Below are positions 38,159-48,392 of a stretch of DNA of 64,000 nt, piece by piece. This stretch comes from an uncultured Rikenellaceae bacterium (lineage in GTDB: Bacteria > Bacteroidota > Bacteroidia > Bacteroidales > VadinHA17). Under the pieces are notes generated by a model, which was not told the origin of the DNA, searched no databases, and saw nothing but the letters and a program-made list of their open reading frames with translations. How positions within the stretch are numbered: position 1 is the stretch's first letter; each line of letters begins with the position of its first letter. The stretch is from NCBI GenBank assembly GCA_963818525.1, contig CAWFSO010000004.1:49624-113623 (forward strand), in the 5' to 3' direction. The translations under genes and the position numbers were made by a program.

Positions 38159-39403
38159 ATGTCCACCGGATCCTTCATAGCCCGCCGCCTGATAAAGGAA
38201 CGCACTCATGGAACAGCCTTCTCACGCCCGATAAACGTGATAGCCATCATCGGCATCGCGCTCGGTCTGGCGGTGATGATCCTCGCCGTCTCCATACTGA
38301 CAGGCTTCAAGCAGCAGATACGCGATAAGGTGGCAGGCTTCGGGGCACACATCCAGGTTGTGAACTTCGATGCGAACATCTCATACGAGACAGTGCCCGT
38401 CAGTGCCTCCCAGTCGTTCGTTGAAAAGATAAGAAACCACCCGGGAATTAAAAACATCCAGGTCTTCGCCACCAAGGCAGGCATCATCAAGACCGATGAC
38501 AACATCCAGGGGGTGGTGCTCAAGGGCATTGGCAGCGATTACGACTGGAGTTTCTTCGAATCGAACATGGTGGAAGGTGAGGTGGTGACGGTATCCGATA
38601 CCGCCAGGACTGACAACGTCATCATCTCCAGCAAGGTGGCTGACATGCTCGGACTGAAGCTTGGCGACTCCTTCTCGATGTTCTTCGTACAGGATCCGCC
38701 CCGAATGCGTAAGTTTACCATCCGTGGGATCTATGAGACCAGTCTCGAGGAGTTCGACAAAACCTACCTCTTCTGCGACATAGCCCACATAAGGAGTCTG
38801 AACGGATGGGAAGACGACCAGGTCAGCGGGTTTGAGGTCTCCGTGAACGACTTCGACGACCTTGATGTCATGACCGACGTCGTGCGCGACGCCATTGGCT
38901 ACAGGGTGGCCGAGGAGGAGGAACAGCTCAAGGTCACAAACATCAGGAACAGATACCCCCAGATATTCGACTGGCTGGGGTTCCAGGACACCAACGTGAT
39001 CATCATCCTTATTCTCATGATACTGGTCGCAGGGTTCAACATGATATCGGGACTGCTTATCCTGATCCTCGAAAAGACCAACATGATCGGTGTCCTGAAA
39101 GCCATGGGCGCAGGCAACAAAGTCATCCGAAACATTTTTCTTTACCAGGCGGCATGGCTTACCGCCAAGGGGCTACTCTGGGGTAATATCATCGGGTTGG
39201 GACTGGCGATGCTGCAGCTGAAGACCGAATTGATTTCTCTCGACCCCTCCTCATACTACCTGAAAAGCGTTCCGATCAATCTTGACCCGCTCCATATCAT
39301 CCTCCTGAACGTCGGAACGATGCTAGCCATCATTCTTATGCTCCTTATACCATCTCAGCTCATTGCCCGTATCACACCCGTCAAGGCCATCCGATACAAC
39401 TGA
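38159..39403 (+). CDS. FtsX/LolE-family ABC transporter permease
   Basis: 414 aa. It has an N-terminal TM helix, a MacB-like periplasmic domain and a C-terminal FtsX domain of three TM helices (ILMILVAGFNMISGLLILILEKTNMIGVLKAMGA). Confidence 0.85.
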   Translation: MSTGSFIARRLIKERTHGTAFSRPINVIAIIGIALGLAVMILAVSILTGFKQQIRDKVAGFGAHIQVVNFDANISYETVPVSASQSFVEKIRNHPGIKNIQVFATKAGIIKTDDNIQGVVLKGIGSDYDWSFFESNMVEGEVVTVSDTARTDNVIISSKVADMLGLKLGDSFSMFFVQDPPRMRKFTIRGIYETSLEEFDKTYLFCDIAHIRSLNGWEDDQVSGFEVSVNDFDDLDVMTDVVRDAIGYRVAEEEEQLKVTNIRNRYPQIFDWLGFQDTNVIIILILMILVAGFNMISGLLILILEKTNMIGVLKAMGAGNKVIRNIFLYQAAWLTAKGLLWGNIIGLGLAMLQLKTELISLDPSSYYLKSVPINLDPLHIILLNVGTMLAIILMLLIPSQLIARITPVKAIRYN

Positions 39404-39620
39404 TCTTCTTGATGTTGCAAGCTTAATATTATTAAGTCCGGCTCGTTTTAACGTAAAAATCATTTTTAGCGGGCCATGTTTATTTTATAAACCTTCCGGC
39501 AATGTTTTCAACATATCGTTAAGCCTCCTGCATTAAAACAAGCCAGCGGATAAAGTTGCGCAAACTTTCTTCATTTGGGCACTTCCATATTTCGGCACTT
39601 CTGCTTAAATTGCAGAGACA

Positions 39621-41612
39621 ATGTCGTGCCCTATGACCAGAATTGACCCGGTAAAGAATTACGAAAAGACCAGAGAGGAGATCGGTTATGTCAGCCGTAA
39701 GGAGGCGACGCTTAATGATTATAAGCGGATAGGGTTCAAATCGGGTCTCGAGGTGCATCAGCAGCTCAGGACGAAGAGCAAGCTCTTCTGCCGCTGCCCG
39801 GCAGGGATATTCCACGGTCACAACGAATACGATGCGGAGGTTGTACGTCATATGAGGCCCACCCTCAGCGAGATGGGCATCTATGACGGCACCGCACTTA
39901 TGGAGTTCAGGACACGCAAGGAGATCACCTACCGCCTCAATAACCAGACTGCATGTACCTATGAAGTAGATGACACTCCCCCCTTCCCCATTGATCACGA
40001 AGCGCTGGAGATAGCCATCAGCATAGCCCTGGCAGCCAAAATGAACATCGTGGGCGAGGTGCACATCACCAGGAAACAGTACCTCGACGGCAGCATCCCG
40101 ACAGGCTTCCAGCGGTCTGCCATAATCAGCGTGGAGGGCGATCTGCAGCTTAAAAACAAGAAGGTACGGCTTATACAACTGAGCCTCGAGGAGGATTCGT
40201 GCCGCGAGGTCTCAGACATCGGCCATAAGAGAATATACAAGACAGACAGGCTCGGCATGCCGCTGATAGAAACGGTGACCTACCCCGATTGCCTCACACC
40301 CGACGAGCTTGCTGAAGCTGCCGAATATATCCGTTTCCTCAACCGCAGCACCGGCATGGTGCGCACCGGCATGGGAGCGGCACGCGAGGATGTGAATGTC
40401 AGCTGTGAGGGCGGAAGCAGGGTCGAGATAAAAGGGGTGGCACACATAAAGTGGATCCCCGAACTCTCTCATAACGAAGCCTTCAGGCAGTATGCCCTGC
40501 TGAATATACGTAGCAAGCTGCAGAAGATGATCGCCGATCCTTCTGCATGGTCGCTGAAAACCAAAGAGATAACGGAAAAGGACTGCCAGTTTCATTTTGC
40601 TCCGGTGCGTTCAGCCCTCGACCGCGGTGAGAAGGTCATGGCAGTGAACATTCCGGGCTGCAGGGGCATCCTCTCCCACTTCACCCAGCCGGAACATGTC
40701 TTTGCAGATGAACTGAGCGACAGGCTGAAGGTCATAGCCTGCATTGAGAAGCCCAATATGATACACTCGGAAGAGATCGGTGAAACCAACTTCAACAGCC
40801 TCTTCCCCGAGGTGGCCATCTGGCTCTCGGCAGCACCGGATGACGCACAGGTAATACTGTGGGGCCCTGAAGAGGATATCCCGACAGCCATAGAGACCAT
40901 CGACGAACGCATACGCCTGGCTCTCAACGAGGTGCCAAACGAGACACGCAAGGCCTTTGAGGACGGGACCACGATGTTCGAACGGGTCCTCCCCGGACGT
41001 GACCGCATGTATCCTGATACCGATTCCCAGCCGATACCTGTTACAACTGAGATGCTGGAGCGACTGGGACGCAACCTTCCCGTGGACATCGCTCTGCGCT
41101 TCCGCCAGATGAAGGATTGGGGTATACCTGAGGATGCATGGCACTACCTGCTCAGCAAAAACCTGGTCGGAGTGATTGAAAGGATCGGCAATGACCTGGG
41201 TTTTGACCACCGCGAGGTGGGTACAATAATAGGACACCGCTTCCGCAGCCTGGAGGGACGCGGCAGGGTGTCGAAAGGGTTCAGCTATGAGAAACTGTAC
41301 GACCTGTTCGCCTTCCTGAAAAGCGAGGAGCTGCTGCCACCCGTGGCCCGGATCATGCTTCCCGGCGTTGTCGCCTCAGCCGAACCTGACTTCAAACAGA
41401 TCCTGGCTGACACCGGGTACGCACCGGCATCCCTGGGGGAGATAAGGTCCGGCGTGAAAGAGCTCGGGAAGAGATTCGAAGAAATTTGCTACAACGGCAA
41501 CAGCGCAGCAGCAGTCGACTGGGTCATGGGACAGATTCGCATGAAAGCCATCGGTAAGCACAGGCTGGCTGAGGTACGAAAAGAGGTGTCTGATATTCTG
41601 GAGGTAAAATAA
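39621..41612 (+). CDS. gatE: Glutamyl-tRNA(Gln) amidotransferase subunit E, archaeal type
   Basis: 663 aa. The N-terminus GFKSGLEVHQQLRTKSKLFCRCPA is the GatE signature, not the GatB GLEVHVxL. Further blocks are RHMRPTLSEMG, YEVDDTPPFP and RKQYLDGSIPTGFQRSAII. It lies directly upstream of gatD. Confidence 0.85.
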   Translation: MSCPMTRIDPVKNYEKTREEIGYVSRKEATLNDYKRIGFKSGLEVHQQLRTKSKLFCRCPAGIFHGHNEYDAEVVRHMRPTLSEMGIYDGTALMEFRTRKEITYRLNNQTACTYEVDDTPPFPIDHEALEIAISIALAAKMNIVGEVHITRKQYLDGSIPTGFQRSAIISVEGDLQLKNKKVRLIQLSLEEDSCREVSDIGHKRIYKTDRLGMPLIETVTYPDCLTPDELAEAAEYIRFLNRSTGMVRTGMGAAREDVNVSCEGGSRVEIKGVAHIKWIPELSHNEAFRQYALLNIRSKLQKMIADPSAWSLKTKEITEKDCQFHFAPVRSALDRGEKVMAVNIPGCRGILSHFTQPEHVFADELSDRLKVIACIEKPNMIHSEEIGETNFNSLFPEVAIWLSAAPDDAQVILWGPEEDIPTAIETIDERIRLALNEVPNETRKAFEDGTTMFERVLPGRDRMYPDTDSQPIPVTTEMLERLGRNLPVDIALRFRQMKDWGIPEDAWHYLLSKNLVGVIERIGNDLGFDHREVGTIIGHRFRSLEGRGRVSKGFSYEKLYDLFAFLKSEELLPPVARIMLPGVVASAEPDFKQILADTGYAPASLGEIRSGVKELGKRFEEICYNGNSAAAVDWVMGQIRMKAIGKHRLAEVRKEVSDILEVK

Positions 41613-41667
41613 AGACGGCTATGGAGGTAAGAAACGAGATGTCACAAATTCCGGAGGCTAACCATAG

Positions 41668-43059
41668 ATGGCAATGACAGAAGATTTTTTTCAGGGTTAC
41701 AAGGGCGAAGCGCTGGCAGTGCTCAAAAAGTACAACGTCAGGGTATGGGGCCAGGCTGATATCGAGACTACGCGCGGCCTCTTCAAGGGTACCGTCCTGC
41801 CCAGGGCGGAGAACAATGACGACCTCCACATAGTAATTAAGATTGAGAGCGGGTACAATGTAGGCATTGACATAACCACCGTCATCAGGATGACGGAGAC
41901 AGGCTATAAGAAAGCCAACTACCAGATCCCTGAAAAAGCATTCCCCTACTCCGATGACAAGCCCACGGTGAAGCTCCTGGGCACCGGCGGCACCATCGCC
42001 TCGAGGCTCGACTACCGCACCGGTGCCGTGATACCTGCTTTTTCGCCGGGCGAGCTCTACGGCGCTGTGCCCGAGCTGGCCGACGTGTGTAACATTCACA
42101 CCGAGAAGCTCTTTGGTGTCTTCAGTGAGAATATGGGTCCTGATCAGTATATGACCCTCGCCAGAGCAATCGGAAAGGAGATAGAGGGCGGTATTGACGG
42201 CATTGTTATCGGCCATGGCACAGACACGCTGCACCATACCGCCGCCGCACTCTCATTCATGATACAGAAGCCCCCGGTGCCGATCATTCTGGTGGGTTCA
42301 CAGCGTTCATCCGACAGGCCTTCGTCAGATGCCGCACTTAACCTGATACACGCTGCAACGGCGGCAGGTCACGGTGACATCGCCGAGGTGATGGTCTGCA
42401 TGTTCGGCCCCACGAGCGATGAGTACGGCTTCCTGCACCGCGGCACAAGGGTGCGCAAGATGCACAGCTCGTACAGATCGACCTTCAGGACCATAGGCGA
42501 CATACCCATAGCTACCGTCAGGCGCGGAGAGGTGAAGCCCATGAAGCCGCATTACAACCCGCGCCGCAATGACCGCAATGTCACAATCATGCCCTACTTC
42601 AACGAGAATGTGACGATGATCTATTTTTATCCCCACATGAAGGTCGAAATGTTCCATTCGCTCATCGACATGGGGTACAAGGGCATAATTATAGTTGGGA
42701 CGGGACTGGGACATGTGAACAGGGAGCTCTATCCGGCCATTGAGCGCGCGCAGAAGGAGAATGTGGCGGTATATATGACGCTTCAGACTATCTGGGGATA
42801 TGTGCATATGTTCGTCTACGAGACCGGCCGCGACATGATGGCGAAAGGTGTCATCCCGCTCGGGAACATGTTGCCGGAGGTGGCCTGGGCGAAGCTGGGA
42901 TGGGCGCTGGGGCAGACCGATGACCTCGGGGAGGTCAGGAAGATCATGTTAACCCCGGTGGTTGATGAGATCACAGAGCGCGAGCCCTATAACGGCTACC
43001 TGGTATACCAGGGCGGCGTGCCGGAGGTGGAGGAATTCATTCGCCGGGTCCACAAATAA
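41668..43059 (+). CDS. gatD: Glutamyl-tRNA(Gln) amidotransferase subunit D, archaeal type (asparaginase-like)
   Basis: 463 aa. The N-terminal domain contains LHIVIKIESGYNVGIDI. The asparaginase core contains LLGTGGTIASRLDYRTGAV, VIGHGTDTLHHTA and VGSQRSSDRPSSDA. Confidence 0.85.
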   Translation: MAMTEDFFQGYKGEALAVLKKYNVRVWGQADIETTRGLFKGTVLPRAENNDDLHIVIKIESGYNVGIDITTVIRMTETGYKKANYQIPEKAFPYSDDKPTVKLLGTGGTIASRLDYRTGAVIPAFSPGELYGAVPELADVCNIHTEKLFGVFSENMGPDQYMTLARAIGKEIEGGIDGIVIGHGTDTLHHTAAALSFMIQKPPVPIILVGSQRSSDRPSSDAALNLIHAATAAGHGDIAEVMVCMFGPTSDEYGFLHRGTRVRKMHSSYRSTFRTIGDIPIATVRRGEVKPMKPHYNPRRNDRNVTIMPYFNENVTMIYFYPHMKVEMFHSLIDMGYKGIIIVGTGLGHVNRELYPAIERAQKENVAVYMTLQTIWGYVHMFVYETGRDMMAKGVIPLGNMLPEVAWAKLGWALGQTDDLGEVRKIMLTPVVDEITEREPYNGYLVYQGGVPEVEEFIRRVHK

Positions 43060-43100
43060 CCAGAAAATCTCTGTGATGAGAGAGGCATAAAGGTCTGAAG

Positions 43101-43175
43101 GATTTGCGATTTGCGATTTGCGATTTGCGAATTTTGATTAAATCGACAATCGAAAATCCGAAATCGAAAATTCCT
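43101..43175. repeat. Heptamer array with inverted halves between the convergent genes gatD and mltF
   Basis: (GATTTGC)x4 is followed by gaattttgattaaa and then tcgacaa tcgaaaa tccgaaa tcgaaaa. The second half approximates the reverse complement of the first, so an imperfect long hairpin is possible. Confidence 0.85.
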
Positions 43176-43189
43176 CTCCTGTTATTGCC

Positions 43190-44605
43190 TTACTTAATGT
43201 TTTTATAGTGCTCGTAGCGTTCGAGAATATCCGCCACATACGCATTCACGGCGACACCCTGCTTCAGCCTGCCGTTCCTTACCACGGGATCGCCGTAGAA
43301 GACCGGGTCTGACTTGCGCTCAAGGAACAAAGCCACGTTGTTATCCCACTTGCCGGGATTGAGACCATTCTTCTCGGCCAGCTTGATGGCATCAAGCACA
43401 TGCCCGTGACCGGCGTTATAGGAAGCCAGGATAAACTTGATCCTCTCATCCGGATCCGTCACCCAGTCGTCAAACAACCTGTCGAGCATCCTGATATAAC
43501 TGATGCCTGCATGTATGTTGTTCTCAACCGACCTCGTCACGTCAAACCCGAAAAACTTGCCGGTCTCAGGCATCACCTGCATCAGACCGTATGCGCCCAC
43601 GGGCGATGTAACTGAAGGATTGAATCTCGACTCCTGGTAGATGAGCGCTGCGACAAGACGCCAGTCCCATCCAATGCTGTCAGCGTAGTTCCTTATGATA
43701 TCATCAAAGGGCGATACCTTGCCCGTATTCGTTGCGAAATATTCCGAAGAGGCCATCGTTGCCGGACGGGCACCGCTGAAGTATTTTCTCTCCAGCCGTG
43801 CATACTCCCGTGTGGTCTTGAACCCCGTGATCCAGTCGTTAAGCTCAGCGAGAAGGGCATCAGTGCCTTCCTTGCGAACGCTCCATGCTATATTCTGGGG
43901 GAAACTGACCGGGGTGTTCAGGTCAAGTTCGGGGAAGAGTGACCCGATGATGTTCGACATATAGTCGTCACAAACGGTATACTCTATCTCTCCGCGCGCC
44001 ACCTGGCGAGCAAGCTCCTCAGCATCGTAGGGTACCTCAATGATACCTATATCCATGCCCGACTCACGCTCGAGGCTGTAGAGACGCTGGGCATAGGAGG
44101 ATCCTTTCTGTACGTAGACAGTCTTTTCCGCGAGATCAAGCTGGTTCCTGACCAGTTTGCTCCCTACAGCATCTGCAGTCATCCTTGACCATCCGTTGGG
44201 CTTGCGCTGCACCAGCACCTCAGTTGTCTGCATGAGCGGCTCGGTGAAACGCATCATCTCCTTTCGGTCAGCGCTGACAGACAACCCGATGGCTACCAGG
44301 TCAGCCTCACCCTCCCGGAGATACTCAAGGCCTTCATCGATATCATTGCTGGCAATTATCTCGAGCTCAAGCTCCAGATGATCAGCAAACCTCTTAAGTA
44401 ATTCGAAATGAAAGCCCATCGGCTCTCCCTTGTAGATGAAGTAGCTCGTTTGGCTGATGTTGGTGACCGCTTTGATCTTGCCGTCGGCGAGGATTTTGTC
44501 AAGATCACGCGGCGGTGCAGCAACAGTGTAACCCACTCTGTTCCCCTTCTCACAGGAGACGACTGACAGAAAAACAATAAACAAGAACGAAATAAACTTC
44601 CTCAA
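43190..44605 (-). CDS. mltF: Membrane-bound lytic murein transglycosylase F-like (SBP_bac_3 domain + SLT domain)
   Basis: 471 aa. The N-terminal part is a solute-binding-like domain. The C-terminal SLT motif is LIYQESRFNPSVTSPVGAYGLMQVMP...YNAGHGHV. Confidence 0.82.
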   Translation of the reverse strand: MRKFISFLFIVFLSVVSCEKGNRVGYTVAAPPRDLDKILADGKIKAVTNISQTSYFIYKGEPMGFHFELLKRFADHLELELEIIASNDIDEGLEYLREGEADLVAIGLSVSADRKEMMRFTEPLMQTTEVLVQRKPNGWSRMTADAVGSKLVRNQLDLAEKTVYVQKGSSYAQRLYSLERESGMDIGIIEVPYDAEELARQVARGEIEYTVCDDYMSNIIGSLFPELDLNTPVSFPQNIAWSVRKEGTDALLAELNDWITGFKTTREYARLERKYFSGARPATMASSEYFATNTGKVSPFDDIIRNYADSIGWDWRLVAALIYQESRFNPSVTSPVGAYGLMQVMPETGKFFGFDVTRSVENNIHAGISYIRMLDRLFDDWVTDPDERIKFILASYNAGHGHVLDAIKLAEKNGLNPGKWDNNVALFLERKSDPVFYGDPVVRNGRLKQGVAVNAYVADILERYEHYKNIK

Positions 44606-44679
44606 AACTTAACAATTAGTCCGACAATCTAACAATCCTCTACCGGAAATGTTCGTGCTGCAAAGATACTACTTTTTTT

Positions 44680-46755
44680 TTAATCATAGAAAGTCCAGGC
44701 TATCCCGTACCGTAACATCCTGACATTCAGAGGATAATTGGGAGCCAGGAAGTACTCATATCCGGTCCAGCCGGAATTCAGATGATCGACCATAATGAAG
44801 ATTCTGGTCCTTTTTATTTTCAGATTGAGGAAAACGTTGATAAACGGATAGTTACCGGTCTCTGATTCCGACTGGTTAAAATATCTGCCCGTGGCAGGCA
44901 TGTAATTCATTGCGTTGTATTGAGTGTGGATCATTGCCTCTCCGCCGATCTGGAAGTTCATCTCACCCCCGGTAGCTGCGAACTTGAAGAGATGGTCAAA
45001 GTAAAGTGCGCTCCGGGCCGTCGCCAGGGGAAGACTCAGCACGTCATTATTGCTGCTTTGCTGCAGAAGCACTGTATTATCGAAGTGCATCTTCCAGAAT
45101 ATTAAGTCTTTACGTATTGAGAGCGAGAGCACTGACAAACCTCCCTCATGTTGCGCCGGAATGGCATCACTCCCCATATAGATAAAATTATCAACAAGGG
45201 CATAGTTGAACCTTAGATTCATGTTGCGGTTGGGCCAGAGAAGCGATGAGCCGGCTGTTAATCTGAACTCCCTGCCGTGGTCAAGCTCCCATGCGAAGTT
45301 GTTCGAGCCCCAGGTGTAATACCAGAACGAGGGTGTATAGCTTGCTAATGAGCCCGTTGCATCCCATGTGATCGTCCCCTTTTTGGACGTTGCAAAATCT
45401 TTGTAGATGCGACCGTCAACAGTGAAATCACCTGCCCTGTATCCCTGAAACCAGAGATCTCCGGAGGCAGACCACCCGAATTTGGTGCCAATATTGTTGA
45501 AAACTTTTCCGGTCAGAACCAGTGAATTCATGTTCCTGGTTACCGTGTCCTGCTTGGTGAGGCTGTCACCCGGCATCACCTGACCGAAGCTGCGCAACTC
45601 ACTTCTCACCCCTGCCCCGGCACCTATCCTGAAACGACCGGTGCTCCCGGCGGCAAAGTCCACCCTGACAGTGTTCGAGAGGAGGCCCTGGTGAAGGGAA
45701 TCTTCCGTGATGTCCTTGTCAATCATCACCGTGTCATAAAAGCCAGACATCGGGGAGTCGTCGAGATACCTGCGCTTGTTCCATTCATAAGACCCTATAT
45801 AAGAGAATGTTATTGGACCGGTCTTAGTAACATCACCTGTAATCGTATCCCGCTTCCCTCCCGGAGAGTATCGCTGCACAAGCATAATATAGCGGTTATT
45901 GACGCGGCTCAGGGCTTTATTGAGATCATTTAATACAAACGGTACGTTCTCCGGAGGGTATCGGCTGAGGTCATCTTTATTGACCAGGCCTCCGCTCTCC
46001 TCCGACTCATGGTTATTGATACCGGCCGACAGGTATGCGGTGTAGGCGTTGCCGTTATATGACCCGTGCAGCAGGAAGTTCTTGTCAATGGCCTTCTGGA
46101 AGCTGTACTGCCCGAAGCTGTAGACAATATCAAATATGAGCCCGAAGTTCAGGAACCTGTTGATGTTCTGCGAATGTCTTACCCTGAATGTCTGCTCCGC
46201 CTTGCTGCGCCCGCCGGCGTTGGACCATTTCAGCTCGGTGAAGGGGACATGCGTGTTTATAAAGAGAGTGTTGTCCGGCGTGTACATGAAAGGCAGGTAA
46301 TATGAATTGAGGAACCGGTCAGGATTCCAGTCGCGGTCAAAGAAATTTATCTGGTAAAGCGGAAGCCCGTAGTTTCCCAGGTGGGCGTTGAAGTCAGATA
46401 ATTTGTCAGTTACGCGGTAACGGTTAAAAAGCGCAAAGGCCGTATCGAGTGGGATGTTGATCTCTGTTGTGTAGTCCGCCGAGAGGGTCCATTGTCTCGA
46501 TACTTTTGGATAGGTGGTGTCACGCTCCCGTGAGGCCAGGAGCCGCTGACGCACTGCAGCCGCTTCAGGGATGTTGTCGGAAGGAGCCGCCGGCTTGGTG
46601 CCGGTCATTCGCGCCGCTACGGAATCTGCTGCGGGTTTGGACAGCTCAGCGGGCCGTCCCTTCTTCAATGGCACGGTGTCAGGCTCCTGGGCTGTAAGGG
46701 TCAGGGGCATGATCAGCAGGGTCATATATACCAGCCAATGGCGCATCAGCGGCAA
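44680..46755 (-). CDS. Outer-membrane beta-barrel protein (putative porin family)
   Basis: 691 aa with a signal peptide (LLIMPLTLTAQEP). Alternating beta-strand patterning runs throughout, and the terminus is aromatic (YGIAWTFYD). Confidence 0.6.
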   Translation of the reverse strand: MPLMRHWLVYMTLLIMPLTLTAQEPDTVPLKKGRPAELSKPAADSVAARMTGTKPAAPSDNIPEAAAVRQRLLASRERDTTYPKVSRQWTLSADYTTEINIPLDTAFALFNRYRVTDKLSDFNAHLGNYGLPLYQINFFDRDWNPDRFLNSYYLPFMYTPDNTLFINTHVPFTELKWSNAGGRSKAEQTFRVRHSQNINRFLNFGLIFDIVYSFGQYSFQKAIDKNFLLHGSYNGNAYTAYLSAGINNHESEESGGLVNKDDLSRYPPENVPFVLNDLNKALSRVNNRYIMLVQRYSPGGKRDTITGDVTKTGPITFSYIGSYEWNKRRYLDDSPMSGFYDTVMIDKDITEDSLHQGLLSNTVRVDFAAGSTGRFRIGAGAGVRSELRSFGQVMPGDSLTKQDTVTRNMNSLVLTGKVFNNIGTKFGWSASGDLWFQGYRAGDFTVDGRIYKDFATSKKGTITWDATGSLASYTPSFWYYTWGSNNFAWELDHGREFRLTAGSSLLWPNRNMNLRFNYALVDNFIYMGSDAIPAQHEGGLSVLSLSIRKDLIFWKMHFDNTVLLQQSSNNDVLSLPLATARSALYFDHLFKFAATGGEMNFQIGGEAMIHTQYNAMNYMPATGRYFNQSESETGNYPFINVFLNLKIKRTRIFIMVDHLNSGWTGYEYFLAPNYPLNVRMLRYGIAWTFYD

Positions 46756-46837
46756 ATTTACTCAAAAAGTGACACCGTCAGTGATAATATAGGGCAGAGC
46801 CAAAAAGTAACACCTGCAGTCCACCCGGGGACCTGCA

Positions 46838-46874
46838 GTAAAAGGGCCGCCCCGACGCGATGTCGGGACGGCCC
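46838..46874 (-). terminator. Rho-independent terminator downstream of ftsZ
   Basis: On the minus strand the sequence gggccgtcccgac-atcgc-gtcggggcggccc forms a GC-rich stem with one bulge. It is followed by TTTTAC and lies ~30 nt after the ftsZ stop. Confidence 0.6.
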
Positions 46875-46906
46875 GGTGAACAACAACCATAATGGAAAAA
46901 ACAGAA

Positions 46907-48388
46907 TCAATCTACATTATCATTCAGATAGGCATTATTCTCCCTGATAACCGGCTGGTTATCCTCATCGAGGCTCAGCGTGAACTTCGACACCTTGCTG
47001 CCTGCCGCTTTATTGGCGTTATGAATGGCGATCTTCTTGCGGACATATGCCGGCACCTCCTCAAAATCCTCGATGTTGTCATTCATCGACTGCGTGGAGA
47101 GACCTTCGTTCTTTATGACATTCTGCATATGCTTCAGCTTCCGGAGCGTACCCTCGTTCTTGTCGGCCGGCGGATGCACCGGACGGGCAGGAGCGGGAGA
47201 GATGCTGATGTCGCCGTCAGGCTCAAAGTCTATCACACCCTGGTTGATCCCGGTCGATTTCTGCGGGATGCCGCGGTCAGTTGTGCGCGACGGACGGACG
47301 GTATACTGCGAGTCACCCTCGGAAGTGCCATCGGTGAGCGAAGGCTGCTGCGTTGCACTGAGACTGATGACCTCCTTCCGCCTGTCAGGCTTATAGCCGT
47401 CAAGGTCGGCGCTGGCCTCGAAGCCGGTGGCAACAACAGTGACACTGATGGCGTCGCCCAGCTCCTCCTCGGTTGAAAGACCCCTGATGATAAGGGCATC
47501 ATCCGAAACAGCCTCATATACATGATCGGTAAGCTCTCCGAGCTCATCCATGGTGATCTCATTGGCACCCGTGCCCGACTTGATATTGAGCAGTATGCTG
47601 CGTGCGCCGGTGATGTCATTGGAGCTCAGGAGAGGCGACGTAAGTGCCGCCTCGATGGCTCTCGTGGCACGGTCGTCACCCGAGGCAGTGCCAATGCCCA
47701 TGAGCGCCACGCCTGAGTCGCGCATCACAGTGTCAACATCGGCAAAGTCAACATTGATATAACCGGTGCAGGTGATTATCTCCGCAATGCCCCTGACGGC
47801 ATTGGCAAGAACATCATCAGCGCGGGCAAATGCAGCCGAGACACCCTCATCACCGTAGATCTCCCTGAGACGCTCATTGTTGATTACAATGAGCGAGTCG
47901 ACCTTGTCTTTCAGTTCATTTATTCCGCTGATGGCCAGCTTTATACGCTGGTTAAGCTCGGACCTGAACGGTATGGTGACAACTGCCACGGTAAGATAAC
48001 CGGCATCCCTGCAGGCCCTGGCTATGACAGGGGTGGCGCCGGTGCCGGTGCCTCCTCCCATGCCTGCAGTGATGAACACCATCTTGGTGTTGCCTGACAG
48101 TGCATTCATGACATCATCGATGTTCTCGATAGCCGAGGCACGGCCTCTCTCAGGCTGGCTGCCGGCGCCAAGGCCCTCGGTGGTGACCTCTCCTATCTGC
48201 ACCCTGACAGGCACCGGGCTCTTCATCAGGGCCTGCTGGTCAGTGTTGCAGACAATGAAATTCACATCCTTGATGCCCTTCCGGTACATGTGGTTGACGG
48301 CGTTGCTGCCGCCTCCCCCGATGCCCAGCACCTTTATGATCGAAGACCGCTCTACGGGCAGGTCAAAATTCATCAGATCGTCTGACAT
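46907..48388 (-). CDS. ftsZ: Cell division protein FtsZ
   Basis: The ORF is trimmed to the MSDDLMNFDL start, 4 nt after the ftsA stop. It has the GIGGGGSNAVNHM and TAGMGGGTGTGATP tubulin signatures and a long disordered C-terminal linker. Confidence 0.93.
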   Translation of the reverse strand: MSDDLMNFDLPVERSSIIKVLGIGGGGSNAVNHMYRKGIKDVNFIVCNTDQQALMKSPVPVRVQIGEVTTEGLGAGSQPERGRASAIENIDDVMNALSGNTKMVFITAGMGGGTGTGATPVIARACRDAGYLTVAVVTIPFRSELNQRIKLAISGINELKDKVDSLIVINNERLREIYGDEGVSAAFARADDVLANAVRGIAEIITCTGYINVDFADVDTVMRDSGVALMGIGTASGDDRATRAIEAALTSPLLSSNDITGARSILLNIKSGTGANEITMDELGELTDHVYEAVSDDALIIRGLSTEEELGDAISVTVVATGFEASADLDGYKPDRRKEVISLSATQQPSLTDGTSEGDSQYTVRPSRTTDRGIPQKSTGINQGVIDFEPDGDISISPAPARPVHPPADKNEGTLRKLKHMQNVIKNEGLSTQSMNDNIEDFEEVPAYVRKKIAIHNANKAAGSKVSKFTLSLDEDNQPVIRENNAYLNDNVD

Positions 48389-48392
48389 GATT

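Noticed and set aside
39519-40178. A 219-aa minus-strand ORF overlapping the gatE 5' region.
   Set aside because: It is antisense to the GatE N-terminal domain, whose conserved motifs fix the plus-strand frame. It has no recognisable features.
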